Source: Octopus bimaculoides
Taxonomy: Eukaryota
NCBI RefSeq assembly: GCF_001194135.2
Contig: NC_068992.1
Location: 33,709,135 to 33,773,134, forward strand
Length of the DNA: 64,000 nucleotides
Direction of reading: 5' to 3'
How positions within the stretch are numbered: the stretch's first letter is position 1; each line of letters starts with the position of its first letter. Made by a program: the position numbers and the translations under genes. Shown one piece after another: positions 52,101 to 64,000 of this stretch. The notes under the pieces were generated by a model that was not told the DNA's origin, did no database searches, and saw only the letters and a list, made by a program, of their open reading frames with translations.

Positions 52101-52581
52101 GAAACCTCTGGGTCTAATTGACACCACTACTGCTATATATATATATATATNNNNNNNNNNNNNNNNNNNNNNNNNNNNNNNNNNNNNNNNNNNNNNNNNN
52201 NNNNNNNNNNNNNNNNNNNNNNNNNNNNNNNNNNNNNNNNNNNNNNNNNNNNNNNNNNNNNNNNNNNNNNNNNNNNNNNNNNNNNNNNNNNNNNNNNNNN
52301 NNNNNNNNNNNNNNNNNNNNNNNNNNNNNNNNNNNNNNNNNNNNNNNNNNNNNNNNNNNNNNNNNNNNNNNNNNNNNNNNNNNNNNNNNNNNNNNNNNNN
52401 NNNNNNNNNNNNNNNNNNNNNNNNNNNNNNNNNNNNNNNNNNNNNNNNNNNNNNNNNNNNNNNNNNNNNNNNNNNNNNNNNNNNNNNNNNNNNNNNNNNN
52501 NNNNNNNNNNNNNNNNNNNNNNNNNNNNNNNNNNNNNNNNNNNCACACATACATACATGTATCTATATGTGCATATTCACA

Positions 52582-53030
52582 TCTATTATATAAAAGTCAA
52601 TGTCTTTATGTGTGCTTGTGTGCTATTAATACATTTGAAAACTACTGCACCGATCCTGATGAAATTTGGAACACAAAATCCAAGCCTAGGGAGAAGGGTA
52701 ATGCTGTGTTTTTCATACAATTTCATGGACCAAAATTACTGAATGGATCATTCAATGCATAAGGGCGGGTATAATGCAATATGTTTGGTTTGAATTTGAG
52801 ATGGCTTAAAGGGGGCGGAACACCCATGAAAATTCATAAATTTTTGATGTTGATGAAATTTCAACCATGGGTAATTGACACACATCAAGAAGTATTCTCA
52901 AAGTTTCCACTTCTCATGAGGATTCTAAGACCCCCTAAGGGGTAGGGGCCTTAACTCCCAAATTTTAGTCATTTCTCATGATCCAAAACTAGGTCAAAAG
53001 TACTGAATAGATCTTTATGAAATTTTGAAA
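52582..53030 (+). mobile_element. Helitron-like 5' end (non-autonomous)
   Basis: A|TC start (TCTATTATATAAAAG), then actactgcaccgatcctgatgaaatttggaaca, typical of Helitron 5' regions. Confidence 0.5.
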
Positions 53031-53250
53031 TTATATTCTATGCATAAGAGCATCATAGGAGCAATGTGTATCACTTACCCATTGAATGGAACAATCTGTA
53101 CACTTTATAATTATATCCCATTTTCCAGTTTGTTCACCTGCTAGAATTATAGCAATCTCATTAGTCTCTGGTGCATTGAAACGCTGTGAATACTCAGTTG
53201 AAGGCCTCCCATCAGAATTGATCACCAATTGAAATTTTTGCTTTGTGTAT
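53031..53250 (-). mobile_element. Helitron RepHel fragment
   Basis: DGRPSTEYSQRFNAPETNEIAIILAGE..DII...VSDTHCSYDAL matches the Helitron RRFNAP..EVA..RDI..ETHRSYD.LQYP motif. Confidence 0.75.
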
Positions 53251-53339
53251 TACTTGAAACTCCTGATATAATTATTATTGTTATGCAGCATTTCTTGATT
53301 TTACCAATTGGTTTTGCACATGAGAGTTAGGGAATAAAC

Positions 53340-54310
53340 CCAGTCCCAGGACTGATTCATCAGAGGGGCTGGTAAGTAGAGTATGATGAAAGCTTAATGC
53401 AAATGGAGGCCAGGAAGTGTCATGTCTGGTTTGTGAGTGTTGTGAAAAACCTGAATGAATAAAACAGAATTTAAACTCAGAGGGGAACTTTATTAGAGTT
53501 ATGCCCCTTGGATGAGGATCAGACAGTACTACCATGTAAGGGATAAATGCTTGAAGAGAAGTGTTGGGGCTGAGATGTGTGGTGGAAAGTGAGGATGGGG
53601 AAGAGTAGTCAATCTTGAAAATGATGTGTGGATATGTACATATATGTGTGTTTGTATGTAATAAGTTGTGACAAATATTGTGCCAAGCTTTCAGGCTGTG
53701 GCAACATGAACTGTTTATGGTGGAACCCCTGGTGCTTGTATTCATTGTGTGGTCTGCCAGTATCTGTAAATATATTTCTGTGCATGTGAGCAGGATCAGA
53801 AAATACTCACATGGTCAGGGACGTCTACTTGGATACTGGCAGATTGTACCATAACAATAACTGTTAGAGCTTCCCTCATCAGTGCTTCCCATCCTCACAG
53901 CCTGAATGTTCAGCACAAGGTTAATCACATCCAGCTTATACCATGCAAACTTACACATGGGCATACACATACATGTCCACAAATCCTTGTTTTTAAGACT
54001 TACTACCCTTCTCATCCTCACTTTCCACCAACTGGCACACTCATCTACCCCATCCCACCCACAACCTAGCCTCATCCCAACCTTCCGGACGTTTACTCCT
54101 TAGACCATGGTGGTGCTGTCTGATCCTCATCCAAGGAAAATAATTCTAACAAAGTTAGAGCTTTTCCTGATATGTTTTTATCCCATTCTTTTACATTTGA
54201 GCTTTTCACAACACCAGCAAAGCAGATATGACACTTCCTGACTTCTAGAAGCAAAGAACTATTATCACTGTATACTTACTACCAGTCCTTCTGACAAGTC
54301 CCAGGATTGC
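53340..54310. repeat. Diverged head-to-head inverted pair (about 53340-53700 minus, 53890-54310 plus)
   Basis: Shared ctgtctgatcctcatccaagg, ttttcacaacac, atgacacttcctg, accag.cc..ctga, catcctcactttccacca, cacagcctgaa. Confidence 0.65.
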
Positions 54311-54506
54311 TTTTTTTCTCAAATTCCTGTGTACAAAACTGATGGTTAAAATCAGTTGAAACGGATTTGTAATACAGTATTGTACCAATGTTAATATACC
54401 TACTCAATTCACCAATGCATGAGTGACTATATTGCCTAACTTGTAGATTCTTAGGTGACTATATGCACACACACAAACACACATGCATGCATGCGTGCAT
54501 GTGCAT

Positions 54507-54552
<46 letters not shown>

Positions 54553-54589
54553 CGACCCACATACATACACATATAGATGAATATATTAT

Positions 54590-56158
54590 TGAGACATCCT
54601 TTTACAGACAGATTCCCTTCCTGTTCCTAATTGTTATTTGTTCTTCAAGTGAGTAGGCTCTTATTTCACTCATCTATGAAGGCACAAAGTGAGTGGACAA
54701 ATTGTTGATAGGAGAATTAATGACAACAACTCTGCTCACATTGACTCTCATACATTGCAAATGCAAACAAACAGATATGTGCACATTTGCATACACATGT
54801 ACACACACACATGTAAATACATACATACATACATACATACATTCATGTAAGAATCTAGATTTTTGACCTTGCTTCCACACCTGAAACTTCTCCTCTAGTT
54901 CTGAAAGTGACTCAGCAATTAGAGCAAGGTCATCAGCTTAGAGGCGCTCCCAGGGGCATCCTATCTTGAATTCCTGTGTTATTGCCTGGAGGACTATGAT
55001 AAATAGAAGGGGGCTGAGGACTGAACCTTGGGGGATCCCTACATCTACCCAGAATTCTTCACTGTACTCGTTGCCAACCCTCACCTTACTGACATGGCTC
55101 TCACAGCTCTCACTAACCTGTACATGGCTCACACAGCTCTTACTAACCATTCATCTATCCCTAATTTCCTCATTGACCACCAGATAAGGGATCAGGGGAC
55201 CCTGTCAAAGGCTTTCTCGGTATCAACAAAAGCCAGGTACAGAAGTTAATCTTTGGTTATGTATTTCTCCTGCAGCTGTCTTACCAGAAATATAGCATCA
55301 GTGGTGCTTTTCACTGGCACGAACCCAAACTGCATCTTATCTAAACTGACTCTCTCCCTAATTAGTTGGGCTATGACCCTCTCCATGACTTTCCTTACCT
55401 GATCCAACAACTTGATACCTCTGTAATTATTTATATCTAAAGTGTCACCTTTATCTTTGTAGCAGTTGACTATGGTGCTGCTACACCAGTCATTGGGTAT
55501 GACTCCTTCGTCTATCACCTGGTTAACTATATGGGTGACTAGGCTATAGCCGACACTGCTAGATATTTTGAGCATCTCTACAGTGATTCTTGATGGGCCT
55601 GGGGCTTTCTTTGTCTTCATACTCATAATTGCTTTATCTACCAAGGTACTGTCGATTCGGATAGCTGGTCCCTCTTTTGGGTCGACATTCGGCAGACTCT
55701 CTTTCTCCCATTCATTCTCTTTATTGAGCAACATTTCATAGTGGTGTCTCCAAACCTCTCTCCTTGCAGCCTCATTTAATACAAGTGAACCATTATCCAT
55801 GCAGACACATTTCTCTCCTACGACATCATGATTCTCTCTCACACATTGTCTTGCAACACGAAATACTTCAAGCCTTTGGTCCTCACGGCAGAGAACATTG
55901 GCAAATTTTTTCTTATCTACTTCCCCTCTGGCTAAATAAACCTGTCTCCTAGCTTCCCTTCTGGCATTCTGATAGAATTCCCTGCTACTTCCAGTTCAAA
56001 TTTACAAAAGACAAAAATCGAAAATGCTCAAGAAGAATGGAGAAGTCTTTGACGTTTCAATCCTATGATTTTTAGCAGAAAGGTTTGAGAGGGAAAAAAG
56101 AAACAGAGAAAAAATATGTAGAGATTAACAGTTCAACATGATGATGATGATGATGATG

Positions 56159-56237
<79 letters not shown>

Positions 56238-57050
56238 TGTGCATGATATTGGGTTGACAAACTGTATCAATCTCATTTCCTTAAATTTGATGAAACTGAA
56301 GAGATTCAGTTTAGATCAAAATGAATATATAGGATTGAAATTATATAATTTGTATAAACTACAAAATAAATATGAAGCAGATTAAAGACAATAATACAAC
56401 TGAATTTTAATGATATTGCTGCAAAATAGCTGAACATGAATGTATTTTCCTACCACACTAAAGTAAAATGGATGAACCTATCAAAATGATGATTGTATAG
56501 AATACTATTTTCAGAGCTTTTAATAAATTTACTATCTTGCTTTTTAATTCTTTCTCTATTCTTTAATCTGTTTTAAAATCAATTATTAATATAAGTAAAA
56601 ACATTAATTATAGTTTTATACGATTGCAATAGTGTAAATGATGAAAAGAATTTAATATAATAGTGTAAATAATACAAGGAAAATCAATTTAATCATCAGT
56701 GTAAAGGTATTCCATTACCTTCTGATTGTGTTTATTTGTATTTAAAGAATTCTTACTGCTGCTGCAACATGAAGTATCACTACATAACAGTTTTAAATCA
56801 AAGCTATGCTACTTCCTTTTACTTATATATATACTGGGCTGACTTCACTCATTTTATTCTACGTCATTTTTCCTATACTTGCACAGATTAGATGAATATA
56901 TTGAGATATTCTTTTACAGACAGATTCCCTTCCTGTTTCTAATCCTTGTTTGTTCAAGTGAGGAGATTTTTATTTTCACTCATCTTTGAAGATACAAAGT
57001 GAGTGGACAAATTGTTGATAAGAGAAGTGAGGACAACACTGCTCACAGCG
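54590..57050. repeat. About 150-bp direct repeats at 54590-54740 and 56900-57050
   Basis: Both carry ttttacagacagattcccttcctgtt...caaagtgagtggacaaattgttgata. Confidence 0.75.
54900..55960 (-). mobile_element. RTE LINE RT fragment
   Basis: KAPGPS, NYRGIKLLDQVRKVMERVI, MQFGFVP..TTDAIFLVRQLQEKY, EKAFDRVP, GIPQGSVLSPLLF. Confidence 0.9.
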
Positions 57051-57234
57051 ATCCATAGATTTCACTTGGCTTGACAGGTCTTCTCAAGCACAACATATTG
57101 CCAAAGGTCACGGTCACTTATCATTGCCTCTGTGAGGCACAACACCCAAAAGGTGTTTTTACGTGCCTCTGGTATGGGTCTAGTTACATGATACCAGCAT
57201 CAGCCACCAAATCTCAACCACCAAATCTCAAGCA

Positions 57235-57620
57235 ACTCCAAACAAAGGCAAGATTCTTATCAGAGAAAGAAATAATGCAGGTTAAAAACTGTGAAGAGCT
57301 TCATTGTGGGACATGTGAAATAACTGAACAAGGAACAACCAAAAGATTCAAGAATGGGAAGGACCTGAAAGTGAATGCAAAAATGAATTGCAAAGCAAAA
57401 AATCTCATATATTGTATCATATGCCCAAAATGCAAAGAGAATTATATTTGGAAACAGGAACAAAACTAACCAGGCATGAAAATGTGCATGAACAACAAAT
57501 TAAAGATTCATCTCTTTAAAATGTTCCATGTAGAAATAAAAGATGAAAATGATCAGCTACAAAAGGCAAAAGAAGAATACTTTAAAAGTATTCTAAATCT
57601 TAAACACAACTGGAAATAGC
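57235..57620 (+). mobile_element. Neptune-type PLE GIY-YIG fragment
   Basis: CEELHCGTC...MNCKAKNLIYCIICPKCKENYI, followed by a frameshift in the YIGET region. Confidence 0.8.
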
Positions 57621-58505
57621 TGATGCCATTATGGAAACAACTTCTTCTATACACATTAGCCCAGAAGAAGTGGATTTGGAATGTTGAACAATGCAAACTT
57701 TTCCCACAAAGGTTGGTAACATTCTATCAAATAACCCATGAAGGTACATGCAGAAATAAAATGGTCAAAGCTGGCTTGATAGTATACGTATTCAAACCAG
57801 AAAAGAACAAGAACAAATAAAAACAGAATCATATTGTGGTGCCATGTAAAGACACCCAGCACACTGTAAAGTGGTTAACATTAGGAAGGGCATCCAATCG
57901 TAGAAACCATGCAAAATGAGATTGGAGCCTGGTGCAGATCTCCAGCTTGCTAGCTCTGGTCAAACTGTCCAACCCATGCTAGCATGGACATCAGGTTAAA
58001 TGATGATGATGATGATTGTGTATGCTGGCACTATATTGTCAGAAGTATTTTAGTGTTGGATAAAATAACTAGTGATATTTAGTTATAGCCTTTGACATTG
58101 AGTTCAGATATGACTAAAATCAACATTGAATTACTTCTCTCTGAGACCAATTGAATAATAAACTATTAAGTATTAGGGTTGTGAATAGCTTGTAATGAAT
58201 GTTGTGGCTGAAACGGCTTCTAAGTAATGGGTAAAGTAAAAAAAAAAAAAAAAATATATGGAGCCTCATGGGCACCTTATCCAAATGGATGCACAGCATA
58301 ACCACTGTCACCATCAGAGTGCTTAATAATTCTAAATCAATAATATTTAATTTGTAAACTTGATAAAAGTAATACTGGAACTTTGGCTGAGGATTTATTT
58401 GTCTATATTATAAGCCATATTTTACAAAATAATTCCAAAGGACAAACTTCTAATGTGAGTCCTTCAAAACTGAAATATTTGAGCTTTTCTGATGAGATTC
58501 TATAC

Positions 58506-58646
58506 CTTTGATTTTCATCTTATTCAAAAGTGCTTTTGTGACTTTTGTGACTTTTAACGGCACACTAATTACAGCAGAGAGAGCATTTGAGATGGTATGT
58601 TTGATGAAACTCCAAGCAATCTGACAGCACTTGGATTGCATTCCCC
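58506..58646 (-). CDS. Candidate 141-nt exon (GMQSKCCQIAWSFIKHTISNALSAVISVPLKVTKVTKALLNKMKIK)
   Basis: Strong acceptor ttgctttttcag, donor AAG|gtatag, symmetric phase 1-1, open in one frame only, non-repetitive context. Confidence 0.25.
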
Positions 58647-59221
58647 CTGAAAAAGCAATTGTACACAGCTGTTGTTGAAAAATATTTGTTTAAAAAGTAA
58701 TTCTCAAGAATAATCTTATATTCTTTTTTTCTTTTGATTCTTTTACTTGTTTCACTCATTTGACTGCAGTCATACTGGAGCACCACCTTTAGTCAAACAA
58801 ATCGAGCCCAGGATTTATTCTTTGTAAGCTTTGTACCTATTTTATTGGTCTCTTTTGCCAAACTGCTAAGTTCCAGGGACGTAAACACATTAACATCAGT
58901 TGTCAAGCGATGGTGGGGGACTAACACAGACACATATACAACGGGCTTCTTTCAGTTTCCGTCTACCAAATCCACTCACAAGGCTTTGGTCAGCCCAAGA
59001 CTATAGTAGAAGACATTTGCCCAAGGTGCCATGCAGTGGGAATGAACCCGGAACCATGTGGTTGGGAAGTAAGCTTCTTACCACACAGCCATGCCTACAT
59101 CTATATGGTGATTTATAAAAGTAAACTCAGCAGCACAAAAGCTGGTGTCCAGTGCAGAAACAAATGTTGTGATTGCTATTAAAGCCTGCAGTTTACCATC
59201 TTTGTGTTATATGAATCTTTG

Positions 59222-59278
<57 letters not shown>

Positions 59279-59320
59279 TACATATATATATATATGATAT
59301 ATATATATATATGTGTGTGT

Positions 59321-59382
<62 letters not shown>

Positions 59383-59843
59383 GTGTGTATGTGTATATAC
59401 ACGTGCACACACACACATGCCTGTGCATGTAGATAGGCCGTTATGTAAAACACTCATATAGAAACACACACACATGAACCCAGACCAAAACAACACCAAA
59501 AAAATTTAAAAGACTGCTAGCATTAAAGATGGCTTTGATCTGGTAAGTACCTAATATGTAAGGACGTTGTTCAAGCTGAAAATTATCACAGATCAAAGAA
59601 GCCAATGTGTTTATAATTTAATCCTCTTTCTATGATTAATCTTCTAATATAGACGTTTGTTGTATTTGCTTTAATTAAACTGCAGATAACTAAAAGCAAT
59701 AAATGATTCTAATCTCTTTATCTTCAGACACCATGTAGCTCCAAAAACAACATGTGTGTGTGTATTTATATATATATAGATATGTATGTGTGCACGAGTG
59801 TATATGAATATGCAAGCATCTATTTTTATATCTATTTATGTAA

Positions 59844-59875
<32 letters not shown>

Positions 59876-59994
59876 NNNNNNNNNNATAAATATACATACA
59901 TAAATATATATATATATATATATATATATGCCCATCGTCCAACCCATGCTAGCATGGAAAGTGGACGTTAAACAATGAGGATGATATATATATA

Positions 59995-61246
59995 TGAAGG
60001 TGTAATGAAAATTTCCTGACTTTAGGCAAAAGAAAGTACAGGCAGATCGCTTAATTATGATTTTATTCAAAATATTCTCCTCTCAAATTCACACCCATAT
60101 TGCCATGGTTCTTCAGTTTTTCTAATCCCTGTAAAAAGAACTCAGAATGATCCAATCAGGCCTCTGTAGAAGCAATCTTTTCTGTATTGGAGTGGAATTC
60201 CGTTCCCTCAAGATGTTTCTTCAGCTGTGGAGAGTTGATATTTGGAAGGGCCAAGTCAGGAGAGTAAGGTGGGTTGTCTACCAATTCGAACCCAAAGTCT
60301 TGTATTTTCTGCAGTTTCATGTGCTGTGTGTCCTGGTGCAGTGTCCTGCAAAAACAGAACACTATGGCTCAACTTGCCACAGCGTTTCTGTTTCAAAGCT
60401 TCATGCAGTTCATCCAACAGAGACTTGTAGTATTCTGCATTAATGGTGCAACCCTTTGGCATGTGTTATATGAGAAGTACTTCGTCTTTGTCCCAGAACA
60501 TTGAAGCTAGGATCTTTCCAGCTCACTTCTGGGTGCAAAACGTCTTGGGACACAGTGAACTAGTGTGGGACCACTCTATTGTTCACTGCTTGGTCTGGGA
60601 ATCATAATGATGAATCTAAGTTTCATCCATGGAGACTAAATGAGTCATAAAATTAACTTCTCTCCTGCAAACTGATCCCAAATCACCTTTGATGTCATTA
60701 CTCTGATGTGCTTCTGATCTGCATTGAAGCATTTTGGCACCTATTTTGTGAAAAGTTTTCTTATGTCCAGAATTCTGTGAATGATGTGGTCAACTCTTTT
60801 GTTGGAAATCCCCAGAGTCTCAGCTGAAATCCAGCTGTCCTTCAGAATCATGATGTGCACAACGTCAGCATTGTCCTCAGTAATCACAGAAGTTAGCCAT
60901 CCTGACTGGGGTTCATCTGTGACCTCAAAATGACCAGTCCAAAACCTTGACACCCAGATTTTCACTGTGGAGTGAGATGACATTTTTTATCTTGCCATAG
61001 ATTTCTGCCACTTTTTTGCCTTGCAAAAATAGGAACTTAATGACTACTAATGCTTCAGTTTTACCAAAATCCACTGTAGGAGATACGGTCATGCATTAAA
61101 TCTACAAAAAAAAAGAGAACTATATGTTGTATACCATCATGATTTTGTGCATATCTTCTAAATAGTTGTCCTACCTCTCCTGTAAATGTAACAGCTCTAC
61201 CCTTTTGTTATACCCTTCAAGCCAGGAACTTTTCAGCACACCCTCG
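59995..61246 (-). mobile_element. Decayed mariner transposon with both TIRs
   Basis: TIRs (t)gaaggtgtaatgaaaatttcctgacttt and aagccaggaacttttcagcacaccctcg; motifs DEPQSG, INAEYY, FLQDTAP, PPYSPDLA. Confidence 0.9.
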
Positions 61247-61254
61247 AATATATA

Positions 61255-62508
61255 CATTGGGTCATCTCATAAATAATACACTTTTTTTTAATTGCATGAG
61301 CTAAAAGTTGGAGGGGGATGGAATAAACTACCTGCATTAACTTGATATAAAAGCAGGTAGTAATTTTACCTTGTCTTTATTCTTAATGTAAGTTTTGAAG
61401 TGTGCAATTCGATTTTAGCAGCTATTTTTCAAAGCTATTATGGAAGTGACAAAGGAGCATATTCAGCACATTTTGCTTTATTAGTTCAATAAAGGCAACA
61501 ATGCAACAAAAGTGTAAGGAATATTAAAGCAGTATATGGGGACTGGACAATAAACAAGACAGTATCAATGGTGGTTCCAGAAATTCCTAGCCACAAACTA
61601 CCAACTAGAAGATGAGCTTCATCATGGAAGATCTGAACAGCTCAATGAGGACATCCTGCAAACCCTGATGGAAAGAATCCCATCATAACTGTTGCAGAAG
61701 TATCGAAGAAGCTTGGATTTGGTCATTCAACCATTCATCAACACCTACCTGTCATTGGAAAATTCAGCAAATTGGGTCAATGGGTTTCTCACAAACTATC
61801 CAAGCCTAATCACTCACAAAGAGTGAATGTGTGCTTTTCTTTGCTGTCATGTCTCCTGAATGAACATTTTGGGACTAAATGGTGAGTGGTGATGAGAAAT
61901 GGGTTCTCTATAACAATGTCAAGCACTGAAGACAGTGGGTAGGGAAAGGAGAAACTGTGGTACCCCAGGCTAAAGAAGATCTTCACCCACGTAAGATGTT
62001 ATCTGTTTGGTGGGATATGAAAGGCTTAGTCCACTTTGAACTTTTAAACCCAAACCAAATAATAACAAAGGAGTTCTACTGCAAGTAGCTTGAGCGATTT
62101 AAGTCAGTGCTAGAAGAAAACCAACCATCTTAGGTTTCAAGATGAAAGGTATTCTCCCATCAAGATGATGCTCGGCCACATACAGTGAGGATGACATTCC
62201 AAAGGTTGGGGCAGTTTGAATGGGAAACGATGCCCCACCCACCATATTCACTGGACATTGCCCCATTTGATTATCATTTATTCCGCAGTCTTCAAAATCA
62301 TTTGGATGGAAAAAAATAGGAGTTTTGTAGACAAGGTCATAACAATACAGGAGGAGTATTTATCATCATGCACAAGTGAATTTTGGAAGCGGGGCCTTGC
62401 AAATCTACCAGATAGAACATTGTAGAAAATGAAAGAAAATATATTTTAGATTAAAAATGAATTTTGATAATCTTAATTTTAAAAAATGAAAGAAGAATAA
62501 GAAGCCGC
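61255..62508 (+). mobile_element. Second decayed mariner (different TIR family); right TIR runs into a gap
   Basis: TIR cattgggtcatctcataaataat; motifs WFQKF, GQWVSHKL, SGDEKWVLYNN, HQDDARPH, HPPYSLDIAPFDYHLFRSLQNHLDG. Confidence 0.9.
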
Positions 62509-63221
62509 NNNNNNNNNNNNNNNNNNNNNNNNNNNNNNNNNNNNNNNNNNNNNNNNNNNNNNNNNNNNNNNNNNNNNNNNNNNNNNNNNNNNNNNNNNNN
62601 NNNNNNNNNNNNNNNNNNNNNNNNNNNNNNNNNNCAGAGTAGCAAAAAAAATTTAGAAACTCTATTTGCTACCAGTGGTCCAGCGAGAGGAAAAATTAGT
62701 CAATAGACTATATATCATTCATTTAGATATAGCGTACATTTAAACACATCAGAGATGCCCATAATAGGACATCTAGCCCGCTAGAAGGAGCAGTCAAAAC
62801 TCCACACCACAATTAGGGATAATTTTGAAAGGGAATGAAAAATAAAAACATTTACCATCTATTTTCTGAACCATGGTTTCATGCTATTTTTAGCAAAATA
62901 AAATATTTTGCAAGGCCAGCTATCAGCAGCAGAAAAGCCAAGATAAACATATAAACACGAGGCACTACACAAAAACCTGAACCGTGCTTATATGTTATAA
63001 TTTATCAAAATTTACTGTGCATGTGTGTCTCTTGTGTGTGTGTGTGTGTGTGTGTGTACATGTGTATGTGTGTATATATACACACACATGTAATATTATT
63101 ACTCCCTTTATAACTCAATGTAAACAAGCGTTCTTACTTCTAACAGTCACTTACTTGGCCATGTAATATTATAGCTCGTAACTTACCTCATCATTTCGCA
63201 TTTGTCTTGCTTTTATATGTT

Positions 63222-63312
63222 GACTCCCTGATGATGAATATATGTGAAATTCCAGCAGCTCTTACTTATTTGGAGGAGAACACACATATATTTTGAAACA
63301 TGTGTAGGAATT
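63222..63312 (+). ncRNA. Type-I hammerhead motif with long stem II
   Basis: Stem I GACUCC/GGAAUU (one mismatch); CUGAUGA; GAAUAUAUGUG/CACAUAUAUUU; GAAA; palindromic ACAUGU; GUA triplet; U.U at 10.1-11.1. Confidence 0.65.
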
Positions 63313-63360
63313 AAAGGAACTTTTATTTATATGCGTTTTGCTCAATTTCTTGTTATTATT

Positions 63361-63423
<63 letters not shown>

Positions 63424-63539
63424 TTCAAATTACGATGAATGTAAACAAACTATATGTATGTATGTATATGCCAGGCTTCTTTCAGTAGCTGTCTCCAAAA
63501 TCCAATCATATGGCTTTAAAGTGACACTGGAGTACAAAT

Positions 63540-63835
63540 ATTCGAAGCCCAGTATACCCAGCATGACTACCCATCTGTTAAGGGTACACTAGGCACATAC
63601 AACACAACCATATGTGTGTGATACGTTGATGGGGCCCAGTTAGAATTTTCTTCATGTTGAGTAGCCTATCCTGCTCAAAAGGTCCCTAAAACATATTGTT
63701 TAAGGATCCTGAATGAAATACCCATGTTTCCAGAGGTGAATTATTCAAACCCCACAAAAATTCCTCTCAACACATGGCTATGATGCTACCCCACTACATC
63801 AGCTCATGATCAGACATGCATATACCATCTGCCAC
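63540..63835. repeat. Dispersed SINE-like repeat, copy 2 (homologous to 1-300)
   Basis: Same motifs as 1-478. Confidence 0.75.
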
Positions 63836-64000
63836 TGCAGAGGAAGCTACTTGACGCAGTGAAGAAGTGACACCTCTCATGTGCTCTTTCATATTCTCTC
63901 TGTTGTTTCTCCTCAAGGACTGGAATTACAAGCATCAATAAATGGTACCATTCATTGCACCACAGGGCCTTCTTCTCTCAGGTGTCTGGGGAGATGCTAG

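Noticed and set aside
57615-57655. gctgatgccattatggaaac after the GIY-YIG fragment
   Set aside because: Core is missing G8/A9 and has no reliable stems.
4504-63592. Many long ORFs made of X, YI, HT or CV repeats
   Set aside because: They come from N gaps and (TA)n/(CA)n microsatellites, not coding sequence.
1-64000. CRISPR arrays, rRNA, prokaryotic operons or defence systems
   Set aside because: No regularly spaced repeat-spacer array, rRNA-like sequence or gene-dense region; the DNA is eukaryotic repeat-rich.

Overview
This is AT-rich eukaryotic DNA from a gapped draft assembly (many N runs, dense (TA)n/(CA)n/(ATT)n microsatellites). The repeat content resembles a cephalopod (Octopus-type) genome, which is an inference. 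I could not identify any intact host gene; there are only a few weak candidate exons. The window is almost entirely decayed and nested mobile elements: at least six R4/Dong-like RLE non-LTR fragments sitting in (TAA)n runs, RTE LINE fragments and SINEs, a deleted Ty3/gypsy with one LTR and PBS, Helitron/Helentron remnants, two divergent mariners, and Penelope-like elements (PLEs) with three different GIY-YIG types. The strongest signal the ORF track misses is RNA-level. About a dozen type-I hammerhead ribozyme motifs lie in or near PLE-type ends. Five have intact catalytic cores (2080+, 11183+, 39384-, 49872-, 63222+), three copies carry a U3-A8 covariant core (11660-, 15352-, 32913-), and several are decayed. 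Nearly all have a palindromic stem III, consistent with dimer-dependent cleavage. PLE ends repeatedly form inverted or foldback structures and abut (TA)n runs.
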